Shown here: piece after piece, positions 7,249 to 16,071 of the stretch
Layout: each line of letters begins with the position of its first letter
Numbering within the stretch: position 1 is the first letter of the stretch
Origin: Myxococcota bacterium
GTDB lineage: Bacteria > Myxococcota_A > Polyangia > Nannocystales > Nannocystaceae
Direction: 5' to 3'
Assembly: GCA_039028615.1 (NCBI GenBank)
Contig: JBCCHT010000022.1
Span: forward strand, 64,001 to 128,000
Length of the DNA: 64,000 nucleotides
The notes under the pieces: model-generated
The model's database searches: none
Told to the model about the DNA's origin: nothing
What the model saw: only the letters and a program-made list of their open reading frames with translations
Made by a program: the position numbers and the translations under genes

Positions 7249-9765
7249 ATGCCAAGCTGCGTGCGAGAGCCTGTCCTACCGCCGCGGCCGGAGCCCGATC
7301 CGCACCTGATGTCCGCGCTCGAGCGAGGCCTGGTCGATCGCGTGCGCGACGGCGGCCTCGCCACCCAACGCGAAGTCCCGCTCGACATCGACGGATACGT
7401 CTTCCACTCCCGGCTGAGCGTCGGCGGCATGGGCGAGGTCTGGCGGGGCCACGCCCCCGACGGCACCCCCGTCGCGATCAAGCGCCTCAAGCGATCGCTG
7501 GCCGAGGACGCGGAGAGCCGACGTCGGTTCGTTCGCGAGGGTCGAGCCATCGCCTCCCTCACCCACCCCAACATCGTCGACGTTCGGAAGGTCGGCTTCA
7601 CGGCAGACGACCATCCCTACATCGTGATGGAGCTGCTGCCGGGCCCTTCGCTCCGCGATCACCTGCGGGCCCAGCCCCAGCTGCCGTGGGCCGAAGCGCG
7701 CACGGTGCTCGGTGAGATCGCGGCCGGGGTCGAGCGAGCGCATAGCCGGGCCATCGTGCACCGCGACATCAAGCCGGCCAACGTGGTGCGAAGTGCCCGT
7801 GGCTCGTGGACGGTGATCGACTTCGGCCTCGCGCGGCGTCACGGTCTCGACGACGACTCCACCCAGCTCACCGCTCAGGGGCAAGTGCTCGGCACGCCCG
7901 GCTACATGAGCCCGGAGGCCCTGCGAGGCATGGAGGCGGATCCGCGGGCAGACATCTACTCCTTGGGCTGCGTCGCGTACGAGCTGCTCGAAGGTCACCG
8001 ACCCTTCGAAGGGGATGGCTTCGCCGAGCTGTTGTTGCAGCACCTCACCCAGCCCATGCCGCCTCCGCGGCTCGAGACCGTCCCCGTCGAGCTGCGGGCG
8101 CAGGTCGAAGCCTGGCTGCGACGCACGCTGAGCAAGACGCCCGAGCACCGCTTCGAGTCGATGCGAGCGATGACCGATGCCCTGGCTGCCATCGAAGTCG
8201 GCGCCGAACCGGTGAGCATCATCGACGACAGCGATTGGCCCGTCGGTCAGCGCGGCTCCACCCTGCGCGGGCTCGAAGGTGATGGCGCGGTATCCCGTCC
8301 GAGCTCGCCCGCGCGCACGGTGGGCTGGACTCTCGCCGCCGCGGGTTGTGGCGCACTGGTGGTGGCCTTGCTCCGTCCCGGAGAGTCCCCGGCCCCCGGC
8401 GACAACCCGCGACCGCCGACCCGCTCCGAGCCCGCCCGGTCCACACCGCCCGCGGAGCCCCGACGCATCGTCGACGTTGCGGCCGGTGTGGCTGTGTCCT
8501 GTGGCTTGAGCGAGACCGGCCGAGTGCGCTGCTGGGGAGCCGACAGCGGCGGCCGGCTGGGCCGAGGCGGTCGGGGCTCGCATACCGGCGACAACGAGCA
8601 TCCCGTCGAGACTCCGTTTCTTCCCCTGCCTCCCGAACGCCGCCCGGTCGCGCTCACCAGCGGGTCCGATTCTCGCCACGTGTGCGTCCGCTGGGACGAT
8701 GGCAAGGCCCGCTGCTGGGGCAACAACAAGGGCGGCCAGCTCGGCATGGACCTGGACGAGATCTGGGGAGACGAAGCGGGAGAGACGATCGATGCCCTCC
8801 CCGACCTGCCCCTCGACGACATCGTCGCCCTCGCCACGGGCGGACGCACGACCTGTGCGCTGGTGGGCTCGGGCCAGGCGTTTTGCTTCGGAGACGGACG
8901 GCACGGTGAGCGCGGCGACGGCAACCCGTCGGCTCTCGACACAGGCGAACGCGGCTCACCACGTCCGGTCGCGGTGGGCGAACGTACCGTCGAACAGCTC
9001 AGCCTCGGGCGCGCCCACGGCTGCGCGCGGCTGGACGACGGCACCGCTCGGTGCTGGGGCGACAACAGCCACGGGCAGCTCGGCGTGCCGGGCTGGACCG
9101 CCAACATCGGCGACGGCCTCGGCGATGGCCACGGCAAGGGGCAACGACCCGACGATCCATCGCTGCGGGTGGCGGGCCTCGACGACGTCGGCGTGCGGTC
9201 GATCCACGCGGGCGCCGATCGGACCTGTGTCGTCACCCTCGCCCAGGGCGTGCGCTGCTGGGGAAAAGACGAGGACGGTACCCTGGGCTACCCGCCCGAT
9301 CCCGAGCTCCGCTGCGGCCCCGGCTCCACCGAGGGTCATTGCGATCTCGATGCCCCACCGCCCTACGACCTCGACCTCGGCGGCGCCCGCATCGTGAACC
9401 TCGGCCTGGGCCCCGCGCACAGCTGCGCCCTGGATGACGAAGGCGCGGTGCGTTGCTGGGGCGCCACCACGTGGGGACGCGTGGGCAACGGCGACACCCC
9501 GGGTCCCAGCGCCCCCGCCCTTCCCTCGTCTCGCACGGTGGACCTGGGCGACTTCGACGGCGACGGCCAACCCGACCCCGCGGTGAGCGTCGTCCTCGGA
9601 GACATGCACGCGTGCGCCCGCATGCAGCGCGGCGGCGTGCGGTGCTGGGGCTTGGGCACCCATGGGCGGCTCGGCTACGTCAGCACCGACAACGTGGGCG
9701 ACGACGAGACGCCCGCGCAGTACTACGCCGCGCAGGGCTACGCCGCCGCCTACGTGTTCGAATAG
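7249..9765 (+). CDS. Membrane Ser/Thr protein kinase with extracytoplasmic RCC1/BLIP-II repeats
   Basis: Kinase motifs GGMGEVW, VAIK, HRDIKPAN, DFG and GTPGYMSPE. One TM segment, then repeated C..(L)..G.vrCWG....GqLG units. Start could be 7249 or 7309. Confidence 0.92.
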   Translation: MPSCVREPVLPPRPEPDPHLMSALERGLVDRVRDGGLATQREVPLDIDGYVFHSRLSVGGMGEVWRGHAPDGTPVAIKRLKRSLAEDAESRRRFVREGRAIASLTHPNIVDVRKVGFTADDHPYIVMELLPGPSLRDHLRAQPQLPWAEARTVLGEIAAGVERAHSRAIVHRDIKPANVVRSARGSWTVIDFGLARRHGLDDDSTQLTAQGQVLGTPGYMSPEALRGMEADPRADIYSLGCVAYELLEGHRPFEGDGFAELLLQHLTQPMPPPRLETVPVELRAQVEAWLRRTLSKTPEHRFESMRAMTDALAAIEVGAEPVSIIDDSDWPVGQRGSTLRGLEGDGAVSRPSSPARTVGWTLAAAGCGALVVALLRPGESPAPGDNPRPPTRSEPARSTPPAEPRRIVDVAAGVAVSCGLSETGRVRCWGADSGGRLGRGGRGSHTGDNEHPVETPFLPLPPERRPVALTSGSDSRHVCVRWDDGKARCWGNNKGGQLGMDLDEIWGDEAGETIDALPDLPLDDIVALATGGRTTCALVGSGQAFCFGDGRHGERGDGNPSALDTGERGSPRPVAVGERTVEQLSLGRAHGCARLDDGTARCWGDNSHGQLGVPGWTANIGDGLGDGHGKGQRPDDPSLRVAGLDDVGVRSIHAGADRTCVVTLAQGVRCWGKDEDGTLGYPPDPELRCGPGSTEGHCDLDAPPPYDLDLGGARIVNLGLGPAHSCALDDEGAVRCWGATTWGRVGNGDTPGPSAPALPSSRTVDLGDFDGDGQPDPAVSVVLGDMHACARMQRGGVRCWGLGTHGRLGYVSTDNVGDDETPAQYYAAQGYAAAYVFE

Positions 9766-9828
9766 CAAAGACGCGACCGAGGCCCGTGGCGCTCGGTCGC
9801 GTCGTTCATCGCCCGTGGGCGACCAGGG

Positions 9829-11106
9829 CTACTTCGTCAGCCGTCGCTTCAGCGACGCGTTGTAGTTGTCCACGAGGTTCCACTTCGGCGACTTCTTCGT
9901 GTTGGTCACCGCGACCAACGTGAAGCCGCTGCCCGTGAAGTGCATGATGTTCGACTTCGCCCCGTACGAGGTGGAGCCATTGTGTGCGAGCACGGGCCCG
10001 TCGGCGGCCTGTTTGCGGTTCCACCACCCCACGCGCAGGTCGTTGTCGCGCGTCATCTTCGAGTACATCCCGCGCGAGATGACCGCGTTGGTCTGGGCGA
10101 ACGCGTGCACGAACTTGGCCATGTGGGCGGGCGACATCACCCAACCCCCGGCCGCGCACTTGGCCTTGTGGGGCTCCTTGTGTCCCGGCCCCGAGGCGTC
10201 CGGTTTCCGGTAGTAGCGCGCCCAGTTGTTGCCCGCGTAGTCGATGTCGTGGCAGCTCGCCGAGACCCCGAGCGGCCCGAACACGCGGTCTTGCACGTAG
10301 TCGACATACAGCTCGATGCCCTTGGCCTCCATCGCCTCGTGATAGGCCTTGCCGCGTCGCCCCTCGATCGACTTGTCGTAGTTCAGCGCCTTGGCCGGAG
10401 CCCAGAAGTAGGGCAGATACTGGAACATCGTCGACGAGCTGTTCGCGTAGCTGCGGTGCCCGGGGCCCGCCGGGCGCTCGGGCTCGGATGCCAGCCGCGT
10501 CCACATGTCCACCGACTCGCCCGTCGCCGGGTCCTTGGGGGCACTCTTTTGGAAGCCAGCCCGGTGTTGCGTGAGCATGCCGACCGTCACGTCGCGAAAG
10601 TCCTCGTGCACCGTATTGCGCCACTTCCGGGGCAAGTAGCGGCGAAACGGCAGGTTGAGCTTGGGCCCGGGCGAGGCGGCTCCGCTGGCGTGCTCGACTC
10701 GATGCAACGCGCTGACGAAGGTCGTCATCTTGCTACCACCGCTGCCCCAGAGGGTCTTGGTGGTGCGAGTGAAGCGTTTCTGGCCTTCGGGCGCGCACGG
10801 GGAGCGAGCCAGGCCGTACTCGATGCGCATGATCGTCTTGCCCTTTTCATCCTTGAGGATGACGACGTAGCCCATGTAGTCGTCACCCATCGCGGCCACG
10901 ATGCGGTCATGGAATTTCTTGGTGTCGAGCTTGGCGTTGGGGACGATGCGCGAAGAAAGATGATCCGAGGGGTCGAAGTCTTCGCAACCGGCTCGTGCGG
11001 ACTGGGGCGCGAGCCAGGCGGGGACCGCCACCAGGGCGAGAGCAGCCAACGTCGTGCCGAGACCGATGCGGCGACGAGGTCGAGACGATGAGGGGGACTT
11101 GAACAT
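9829..11106 (-). CDS. Secreted serine hydrolase, beta-lactamase class C / AmpC-like family
   Basis: Signal peptide, LTQHRAG, YAN (YxN), AAGGW and AHNG (HxG). The first motif reads WGSGGSKM rather than a canonical SxxK. Confidence 0.8.
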   Translation of the reverse strand: MFKSPSSSRPRRRIGLGTTLAALALVAVPAWLAPQSARAGCEDFDPSDHLSSRIVPNAKLDTKKFHDRIVAAMGDDYMGYVVILKDEKGKTIMRIEYGLARSPCAPEGQKRFTRTTKTLWGSGGSKMTTFVSALHRVEHASGAASPGPKLNLPFRRYLPRKWRNTVHEDFRDVTVGMLTQHRAGFQKSAPKDPATGESVDMWTRLASEPERPAGPGHRSYANSSSTMFQYLPYFWAPAKALNYDKSIEGRRGKAYHEAMEAKGIELYVDYVQDRVFGPLGVSASCHDIDYAGNNWARYYRKPDASGPGHKEPHKAKCAAGGWVMSPAHMAKFVHAFAQTNAVISRGMYSKMTRDNDLRVGWWNRKQAADGPVLAHNGSTSYGAKSNIMHFTGSGFTLVAVTNTKKSPKWNLVDNYNASLKRRLTK

Positions 11107-11192
11107 TGGGGGAGTTCCTCTTGGGAGGGGGACAAAGGAAGCCGTGAACCCCGACCCGATCGTCGCGTCGGAGCGGCTTCGCCCTCCTAGTG

Positions 11193-11217
11193 CGCACGCC
11201 TGTCTGGTTTGATTTCA
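11193..11217 (-). promoter_or_regulatory. Candidate ECF-type promoter, copy 2
   Basis: Minus strand reads TGAAATCAAA-N9-CGTGCG preceded by an A-tract, 87 nt upstream of the serine hydrolase start. Confidence 0.3.
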
Positions 11218-11365
11218 TTTTTTTCACGCGACCCAATCCGACCGAAATCGGTGGCTTCGGCTGGCCGGAAGTAATGGGCGTAAGGCGGCGTCACAGATCT
11301 CTACACCCCAGATTTCATTGCATAATTTCCGAACGCGGCGGTTACCTACGCGGTCCGAGGTCAAT

Positions 11366-12703
11366 ATGCCGAACGGATCCAAATCAACAATCGCGACCGC
11401 CACTCTCCTGGGCCTGACCCTCAGCGCCTGCATCGTGGATGGCGAAGGACGCCCCGCGAGCGAGTTCGATCGAGCGGGCAGCAATGAGACTTTCGAAAGG
11501 AGGGTGACGCATAGCCGAGACGACGCCGAAGAGAAGACCAACGGCAAGATGTACCTGACCAGTTCCGATCTCGAGCTGGTCGAAGACGCCATCCACGACA
11601 CCGATAGCGTCGGGGTGCGCTTCACCAATATCTCTATTCCTCGCGGCGCGAGTATCGAGCACGCTTACGTCCAGTTCACCGCCGATGAAAAACACTCGGG
11701 CTCGACCTCGTTGGTCATCCGAGCCCACGACACCAACGATGCCGGTCGGTTCACGACCGCGAAATACAACCTCTCCGGCCGCTCCCTGACCGACGCGAGC
11801 GTGAACTGGAACCCGAGCGCCTGGAACACCAAGAACGTCGCCACGCCCAACGAGCGCACGCCCGACCTCAGCGAGGTGATCCAGGAGGTCATCGACCGCC
11901 CCGGGTGGAACTCGGGCAACGACCTGGCGCTGGTCATCACCGGGTCGGGGCGACGAACCGCCGATTCCTACGACGGCTCGAGCAGCAAGGCTCCGCTCCT
12001 TCACATCGAATACAAGAACCCGGGATCGGGCGGAGGCGACGGAGGCAGCTACGAGGGCGAGATCTTCTACGAGAACGACGGAGACGTGAACGAGCACCGG
12101 TCGAATACCACCGTCAGCTCGGTCGCCGACGCGGGTGACTACGAGATCGTGGCCCTGGGAGCGAGTGACGGCGGGGGCAACAGCCTCAAGAACATCCCGC
12201 TCGACCGCGACCTCATGGAGGACCAGGACTTCGAGCTGGTGGCCGTGCGCGGCACCAAGGACAAGAAAGCCGAGATCTGGTTCCGCCGCAACGACGGCAG
12301 CAACAGCCAGCGCACCATCGAGCTGACGGGCAACGCCAACGACGTCGCGTGGAGCGTCACCACCGTCGAAGGCTCGGGCCTCGAGCTCGACATCGACGAC
12401 TTCACCACCGAAACCCACATTGGCAGCCATTCCAACGAGTCGACCGCGGTGCTCGAGACGCCCAGCGGCGACGGCTTCACCTTCGTGGTGTTCTTCTTCG
12501 ACGATTCCGTAGAGCTCGAAGACGCGGGCGAGGGCGAGATTCTGTTCAAGACCTGGGGTCACGGCGACGGCGACGGCATGGCGACCGTGCTCTACCAGGC
12601 CGACCAAGAGCCCCCGCGCGTCGGCGAGGTGGAGGTCGACGACCACGATGGTTCCTCCGGCGGCGAGCAATACGTGACCGTCGCGTTCAAGAGCAATCAC
12701 TAG
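11366..12703 (+). CDS. Lipoprotein with an N-terminal DNRLRE/CBM96-like beta-sandwich domain and an acidic C-terminal domain
   Basis: ATG 11366 follows GAGG. Lipobox LSAC. The N-terminal domain (DDAEE..GVRF..IP.GA.I..AYVQFT..TPDL...QEVIDRPGW..AP.LHIEY) is shared with the next gene. Confidence 0.8.
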   Translation: MPNGSKSTIATATLLGLTLSACIVDGEGRPASEFDRAGSNETFERRVTHSRDDAEEKTNGKMYLTSSDLELVEDAIHDTDSVGVRFTNISIPRGASIEHAYVQFTADEKHSGSTSLVIRAHDTNDAGRFTTAKYNLSGRSLTDASVNWNPSAWNTKNVATPNERTPDLSEVIQEVIDRPGWNSGNDLALVITGSGRRTADSYDGSSSKAPLLHIEYKNPGSGGGDGGSYEGEIFYENDGDVNEHRSNTTVSSVADAGDYEIVALGASDGGGNSLKNIPLDRDLMEDQDFELVAVRGTKDKKAEIWFRRNDGSNSQRTIELTGNANDVAWSVTTVEGSGLELDIDDFTTETHIGSHSNESTAVLETPSGDGFTFVVFFFDDSVELEDAGEGEILFKTWGHGDGDGMATVLYQADQEPPRVGEVEVDDHDGSSGGEQYVTVAFKSNH

Positions 12704-13453
12704 CGAAGCGCCAGCCCGCCGTCTCGTGCCCGTGCCCGGTGACGGGCACGAGGCGGCGATTTTTCATTCCCTATCGAATTCCCCACAACGACGAGAACGA
12801 CGATGTTCCACGAACTCAAGCGACCGACGATCGCCCTGTCCATGCTGGCGCTGACGATCAGTGCCTGCCTCGGAGACGACGAAGGCCGTCCCACCGACGA
12901 GTCCGAGCGAGCCGATGGCGACCTCACCATCCTCGAGAAACGAATCGCCCATAGCCGGGACGACGCCGAGGAAAAACCGAGCGGGACGGTCTACCTGACC
13001 AGCTCCGATCTCGAGCTGGCCGAAGACGGAGTGCACGACACGGAGCTGGTGGGCCTGCGCTTCACCAACGTGGAAATCCCGGAGGGAGCCACGGTGGAGC
13101 ATGCCTACGTCCAGTTCACGGCCGACGAGAAGCACTCGGGTGCCACGTCCCTCGTCATCCACGCGCAGGCGGCCGACGACGCGCGGCGGTTCCGTTCGAG
13201 GAAGCGCAACATCTCGAACCGAGCCTTGACCGAGGCCTCCGTCGAGTGGAACCCGGCGGCGTGGAACACCAAGAACGTAGCCACGGACAACGAGCGCACG
13301 CCCGACATCAGCGGACTGCTCCAGGAGCTCGTCGATCGCCCCGGGTGGAACGAGGGCAACGACATCGCCCTGATCATCTCGGGCTCGGGCACACGGACGG
13401 CCGACTCCTACGATGGCTCGAGCAGCACGGCGCCGCTGCTGCACGTCGAGTAC
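11492..13453 (+). repeat. Duplicated 522-bp domain-coding segment (11492-12013 and 12932-13453)
   Basis: Gapless 174-aa alignment with about 50 mismatches by manual count (~70% identity). Confidence 0.9.
12723..12751 (+). terminator. Intergenic hairpin (terminator or mRNA stabiliser)
   Basis: CTCGTGCCCGT-loop-ACGGGCACGAG, with ATTTTT shortly downstream. Confidence 0.5.
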
Positions 13454-15649
13454 ACCACGGGCACCGACGACGAACCGGAGCCCGACGATCCCGACACCGA
13501 CGATACAGACCCGTCGTTCGAGCTTCCCATCGAGGTCCTCGGCGCTCCGGGGACCACCGCCTCCCGTAGCTTCACCCTCGACGGGGCCGCGGCATCGCAG
13601 GCGTCCGAGCTGTACCTCCAGATCAACAACCTCTCGTACGAGAACAAGGCGCGAGTCCGCATCAACGGCGGCTCATGGACATCGCTCGACCATGACGCCG
13701 TCTCGATGTTCGCCCCCGAGGCTGCGCGTGGAGGCATGACCCACGGCGGCTACAGCACGATCCGCATGACGATGCCCGTGCCCGGCAGTCTCCAGTCGGG
13801 CGAAAACACGGTCGAATTCGAGTTCACGGAGTCCGACGGCATCTCGATGGGATACCGCGTCATCGACTTCAACCTGCTCGACGAAGGCGGTGAGCCCCTG
13901 ATCGAGGACGCTGCGTTCGGCCACGAGGACCCGGAGCAATGGAGCGCGCCCCGGCCAGACGCCGACGATATCGAGGCGGGGGGCGAGCTATGGCGCGAGC
14001 GCAACCGACTGGTCAGCAACTATCTGGACGAGGACGGGTTCTGGTACGACAACTCGATCCCCGCGGGCCGCGACATCAAGGCCTCGTGCGCCGACTGTCA
14101 TACCGAAGACGGCCGCGACCTCGAGCTCTTCGCGTATTCGAACCACTCGATCATCGAACGCGCCAAGTTCCACGGGCTGTCTACGACCGAAGGCGAGCAG
14201 ATCGCATCCTATATTCGCTCGCTGTCGGCCGATCCGGAGATTGGCCGCTATGGCCGTCCCTGGGACCCACCCTTCCAGCCCGGCCCCTCCATCGCCACCC
14301 GCCCCGTGCACGAGTGGCCGGCAGGCGCAGGCCTGGACGCCGTGCTCGAGCACGACGCGGACATGCTGGACACCATGCTGCCCAACCCGTCCGATATCTC
14401 GCAGGCCGACGTCGATGCCTATTTCGACCACACCCAGATGGTGAACCCCGTGGTCCAGCCCCTGGCCATTCAGTTCCCCGACTGGAAGCGATGGCTCCCG
14501 CTGGTCCACCCGATGGATGCGTTCGCGCGCGAGGGCTACTGGGAGGACGGCAGCATCCAGTACAGCCCCAAGCGCGAGTACGAGCGCATCCGCGCCGACC
14601 TGCTCGCGGGCGGCTACGACGACAAGAAGGACACCATCGACGAGTTCCGGGATCTGAGCCACAGCTTCCGCCAATTCCTGGCCCAAGGCGGCTCGAGCAA
14701 CGACCACTGGCGCACGGATGACGGCGATGCCTTCACCGAGGGCCTCGTCGGCGGCATCTCGAAGGAGCTGGCCGCCACCAGCCTCGGCCGCCTCCAGGCG
14801 GTCAAGTTCTTCGAGTTCCACACCGAGTTCTCGCTCATGGGCATGACCGACGACGAGCCCGGATCACGCGAGCGACAGTTCATCGGGCGTTCGCACCAGG
14901 TCTTCAACGTGCCGCCCCACTTCACGGGCTGCTACGACGGGGCGAGCTGCGACAACTTCGACGGGCAGTCGGAGGCCACGGGCGAGTACGAGTCCACCAC
15001 CTGGTATCAGATGGCGCAGGTCCTCAACCCGGGCAACGAGGTCACCGACTTCCTCGGCACCGTCGACTACAACTATCAGCCGATGTTCATCATGAAGGCG
15101 AGCGCGTCCTCCGGGGTCTGCGAGCCGGTGCGCTACTACTACTCGCAGCTCATCCACTTCCAGACCCGCGCCCGCACCGACGCCCGCCCGCAAGACAAGG
15201 ACGGCTTCTATATCCGTCAGAAGGGTCCGTGGCAGCTGCTCGGTCGGGACAACCGCAATCGCACCCTGGGGCTCGGCGCGCTCGGGATCCCCGGGTGCCT
15301 CGACGACATCCAGCCCGGCCTGGGCTCGATGGTGGTGGAAGCTCAGCTTCGCAACTTCATGGACGTCATGAACGAGGACCACAACGACCTCGACGACTGG
15401 CCGCGGCGCTCCAGTGCCAGCAGCGGCAACTCCCGCTACCTCGAGACCGAGAACATCTCGCAGTCGGCGATGCCCGACACCGACGGCAGCTTCTCGGGCC
15501 CGCTGCTCCACTACGTCCACAAGATCTACGCGACGATGAACGAGTTCATCGAGCTCGGCGTCGACTGCCCGACCTTCGAGGCCTATCGCGACTGGGCGTC
15601 CGAGGCCTGGCCCAACGTCGACTGGGAGCAGTTCGAGTGCGCGTCCTGA
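12803..15649 (+). CDS. Large lipoprotein: duplicated N-terminal domain plus an uncharacterised c-type monoheme module
   Basis: Lipobox ISAC and a single CxxCH (CADCH, 14087-14101) followed by DGRDL..FAYSN.SI..RA.FHGL..EGEQIASYIRSL, a cytochrome c-like pattern. Confidence 0.8.
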   Translation: MFHELKRPTIALSMLALTISACLGDDEGRPTDESERADGDLTILEKRIAHSRDDAEEKPSGTVYLTSSDLELAEDGVHDTELVGLRFTNVEIPEGATVEHAYVQFTADEKHSGATSLVIHAQAADDARRFRSRKRNISNRALTEASVEWNPAAWNTKNVATDNERTPDISGLLQELVDRPGWNEGNDIALIISGSGTRTADSYDGSSSTAPLLHVEYTTGTDDEPEPDDPDTDDTDPSFELPIEVLGAPGTTASRSFTLDGAAASQASELYLQINNLSYENKARVRINGGSWTSLDHDAVSMFAPEAARGGMTHGGYSTIRMTMPVPGSLQSGENTVEFEFTESDGISMGYRVIDFNLLDEGGEPLIEDAAFGHEDPEQWSAPRPDADDIEAGGELWRERNRLVSNYLDEDGFWYDNSIPAGRDIKASCADCHTEDGRDLELFAYSNHSIIERAKFHGLSTTEGEQIASYIRSLSADPEIGRYGRPWDPPFQPGPSIATRPVHEWPAGAGLDAVLEHDADMLDTMLPNPSDISQADVDAYFDHTQMVNPVVQPLAIQFPDWKRWLPLVHPMDAFAREGYWEDGSIQYSPKREYERIRADLLAGGYDDKKDTIDEFRDLSHSFRQFLAQGGSSNDHWRTDDGDAFTEGLVGGISKELAATSLGRLQAVKFFEFHTEFSLMGMTDDEPGSRERQFIGRSHQVFNVPPHFTGCYDGASCDNFDGQSEATGEYESTTWYQMAQVLNPGNEVTDFLGTVDYNYQPMFIMKASASSGVCEPVRYYYSQLIHFQTRARTDARPQDKDGFYIRQKGPWQLLGRDNRNRTLGLGALGIPGCLDDIQPGLGSMVVEAQLRNFMDVMNEDHNDLDDWPRRSSASSGNSRYLETENISQSAMPDTDGSFSGPLLHYVHKIYATMNEFIELGVDCPTFEAYRDWASEAWPNVDWEQFECAS

Positions 15650-15714
15650 GCTGAGCCTCAGCCGCGCCCGACGGCGCGGGTCGAGCCTCCCGGCTCGGCC
15701 TGCGCCCCACGCAC

Positions 15715-15750
15715 GAAACCCCGCCTTCCGGTACGAAAGACGGGGTTTTC
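15715..15750. terminator. Intrinsic terminator downstream of the tRNA operon (possibly bidirectional)
   Basis: GAAACCCCG...CGGGGTTTTC stem directly 3' of tRNA-Lys and convergent with 12803..15649. Confidence 0.7.
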
Positions 15751-15752
15751 TG

Positions 15753-15825
15753 TGAGCCCGGTAGGACTCGAACCTACGGCCCGCGGATTAAAAGTCCGCT
15801 GCTCTACCAACTGAGCTACGAGCCC
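15753..15825 (-). tRNA. tRNA-Lys (anticodon UUU), CCA not encoded
   Basis: GGGCTCGTAGCTCAGTTGGTAGAGCAGCGGACTTTTAATCCGCGGGCCGTAGGTTCGAGTCCTACCGGGCTCA folds as a cloverleaf with T-loop TTCGAGT. Confidence 0.97.
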
Positions 15826-15865
15826 CGATTCCACCGAGGTGAAATCAAAGTGCTTGCCCGGTCGG

Positions 15866-15939
15866 CGACCCCAACGGGATTCGAACCCGTGTTACCGGCT
15901 TGAAAGGCCAGCGTCCTAGGCCGACTGGACGATGGGGTC
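15866..15939 (-). tRNA. tRNA-Glu (anticodon UUC), CCA not encoded
   Basis: GACCCCATCGTCCAGTCGGCCTAGGACGCTGGCCTTTCAAGCCGGTAACACGGGTTCGAATCCCGTTGGGGTCG folds as a cloverleaf. Confidence 0.97.
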
Positions 15940-16071
15940 AAAGGAGACCGGGCAAGCGGGGCGTTTATTAGCCGAAGGTTGGGGCCCGCGCAAGGCGAAT
16001 TGCGCGCGATGTGGGGACCCCCCCGGATCCGGTTTGCGAGCCCGTGGGCGGCGATGTACACGGCATTGGCC

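Noticed and set aside
9655..9670. Additional CCCATGGG core
   Set aside because: It lies inside the kinase CDS without the TGT/ACA flanks, so it is a chance match.
15650..15960. tRNA-anchored genomic island or prophage
   Set aside because: I found no integrase, phage genes or duplicated tRNA 3' end in the window.
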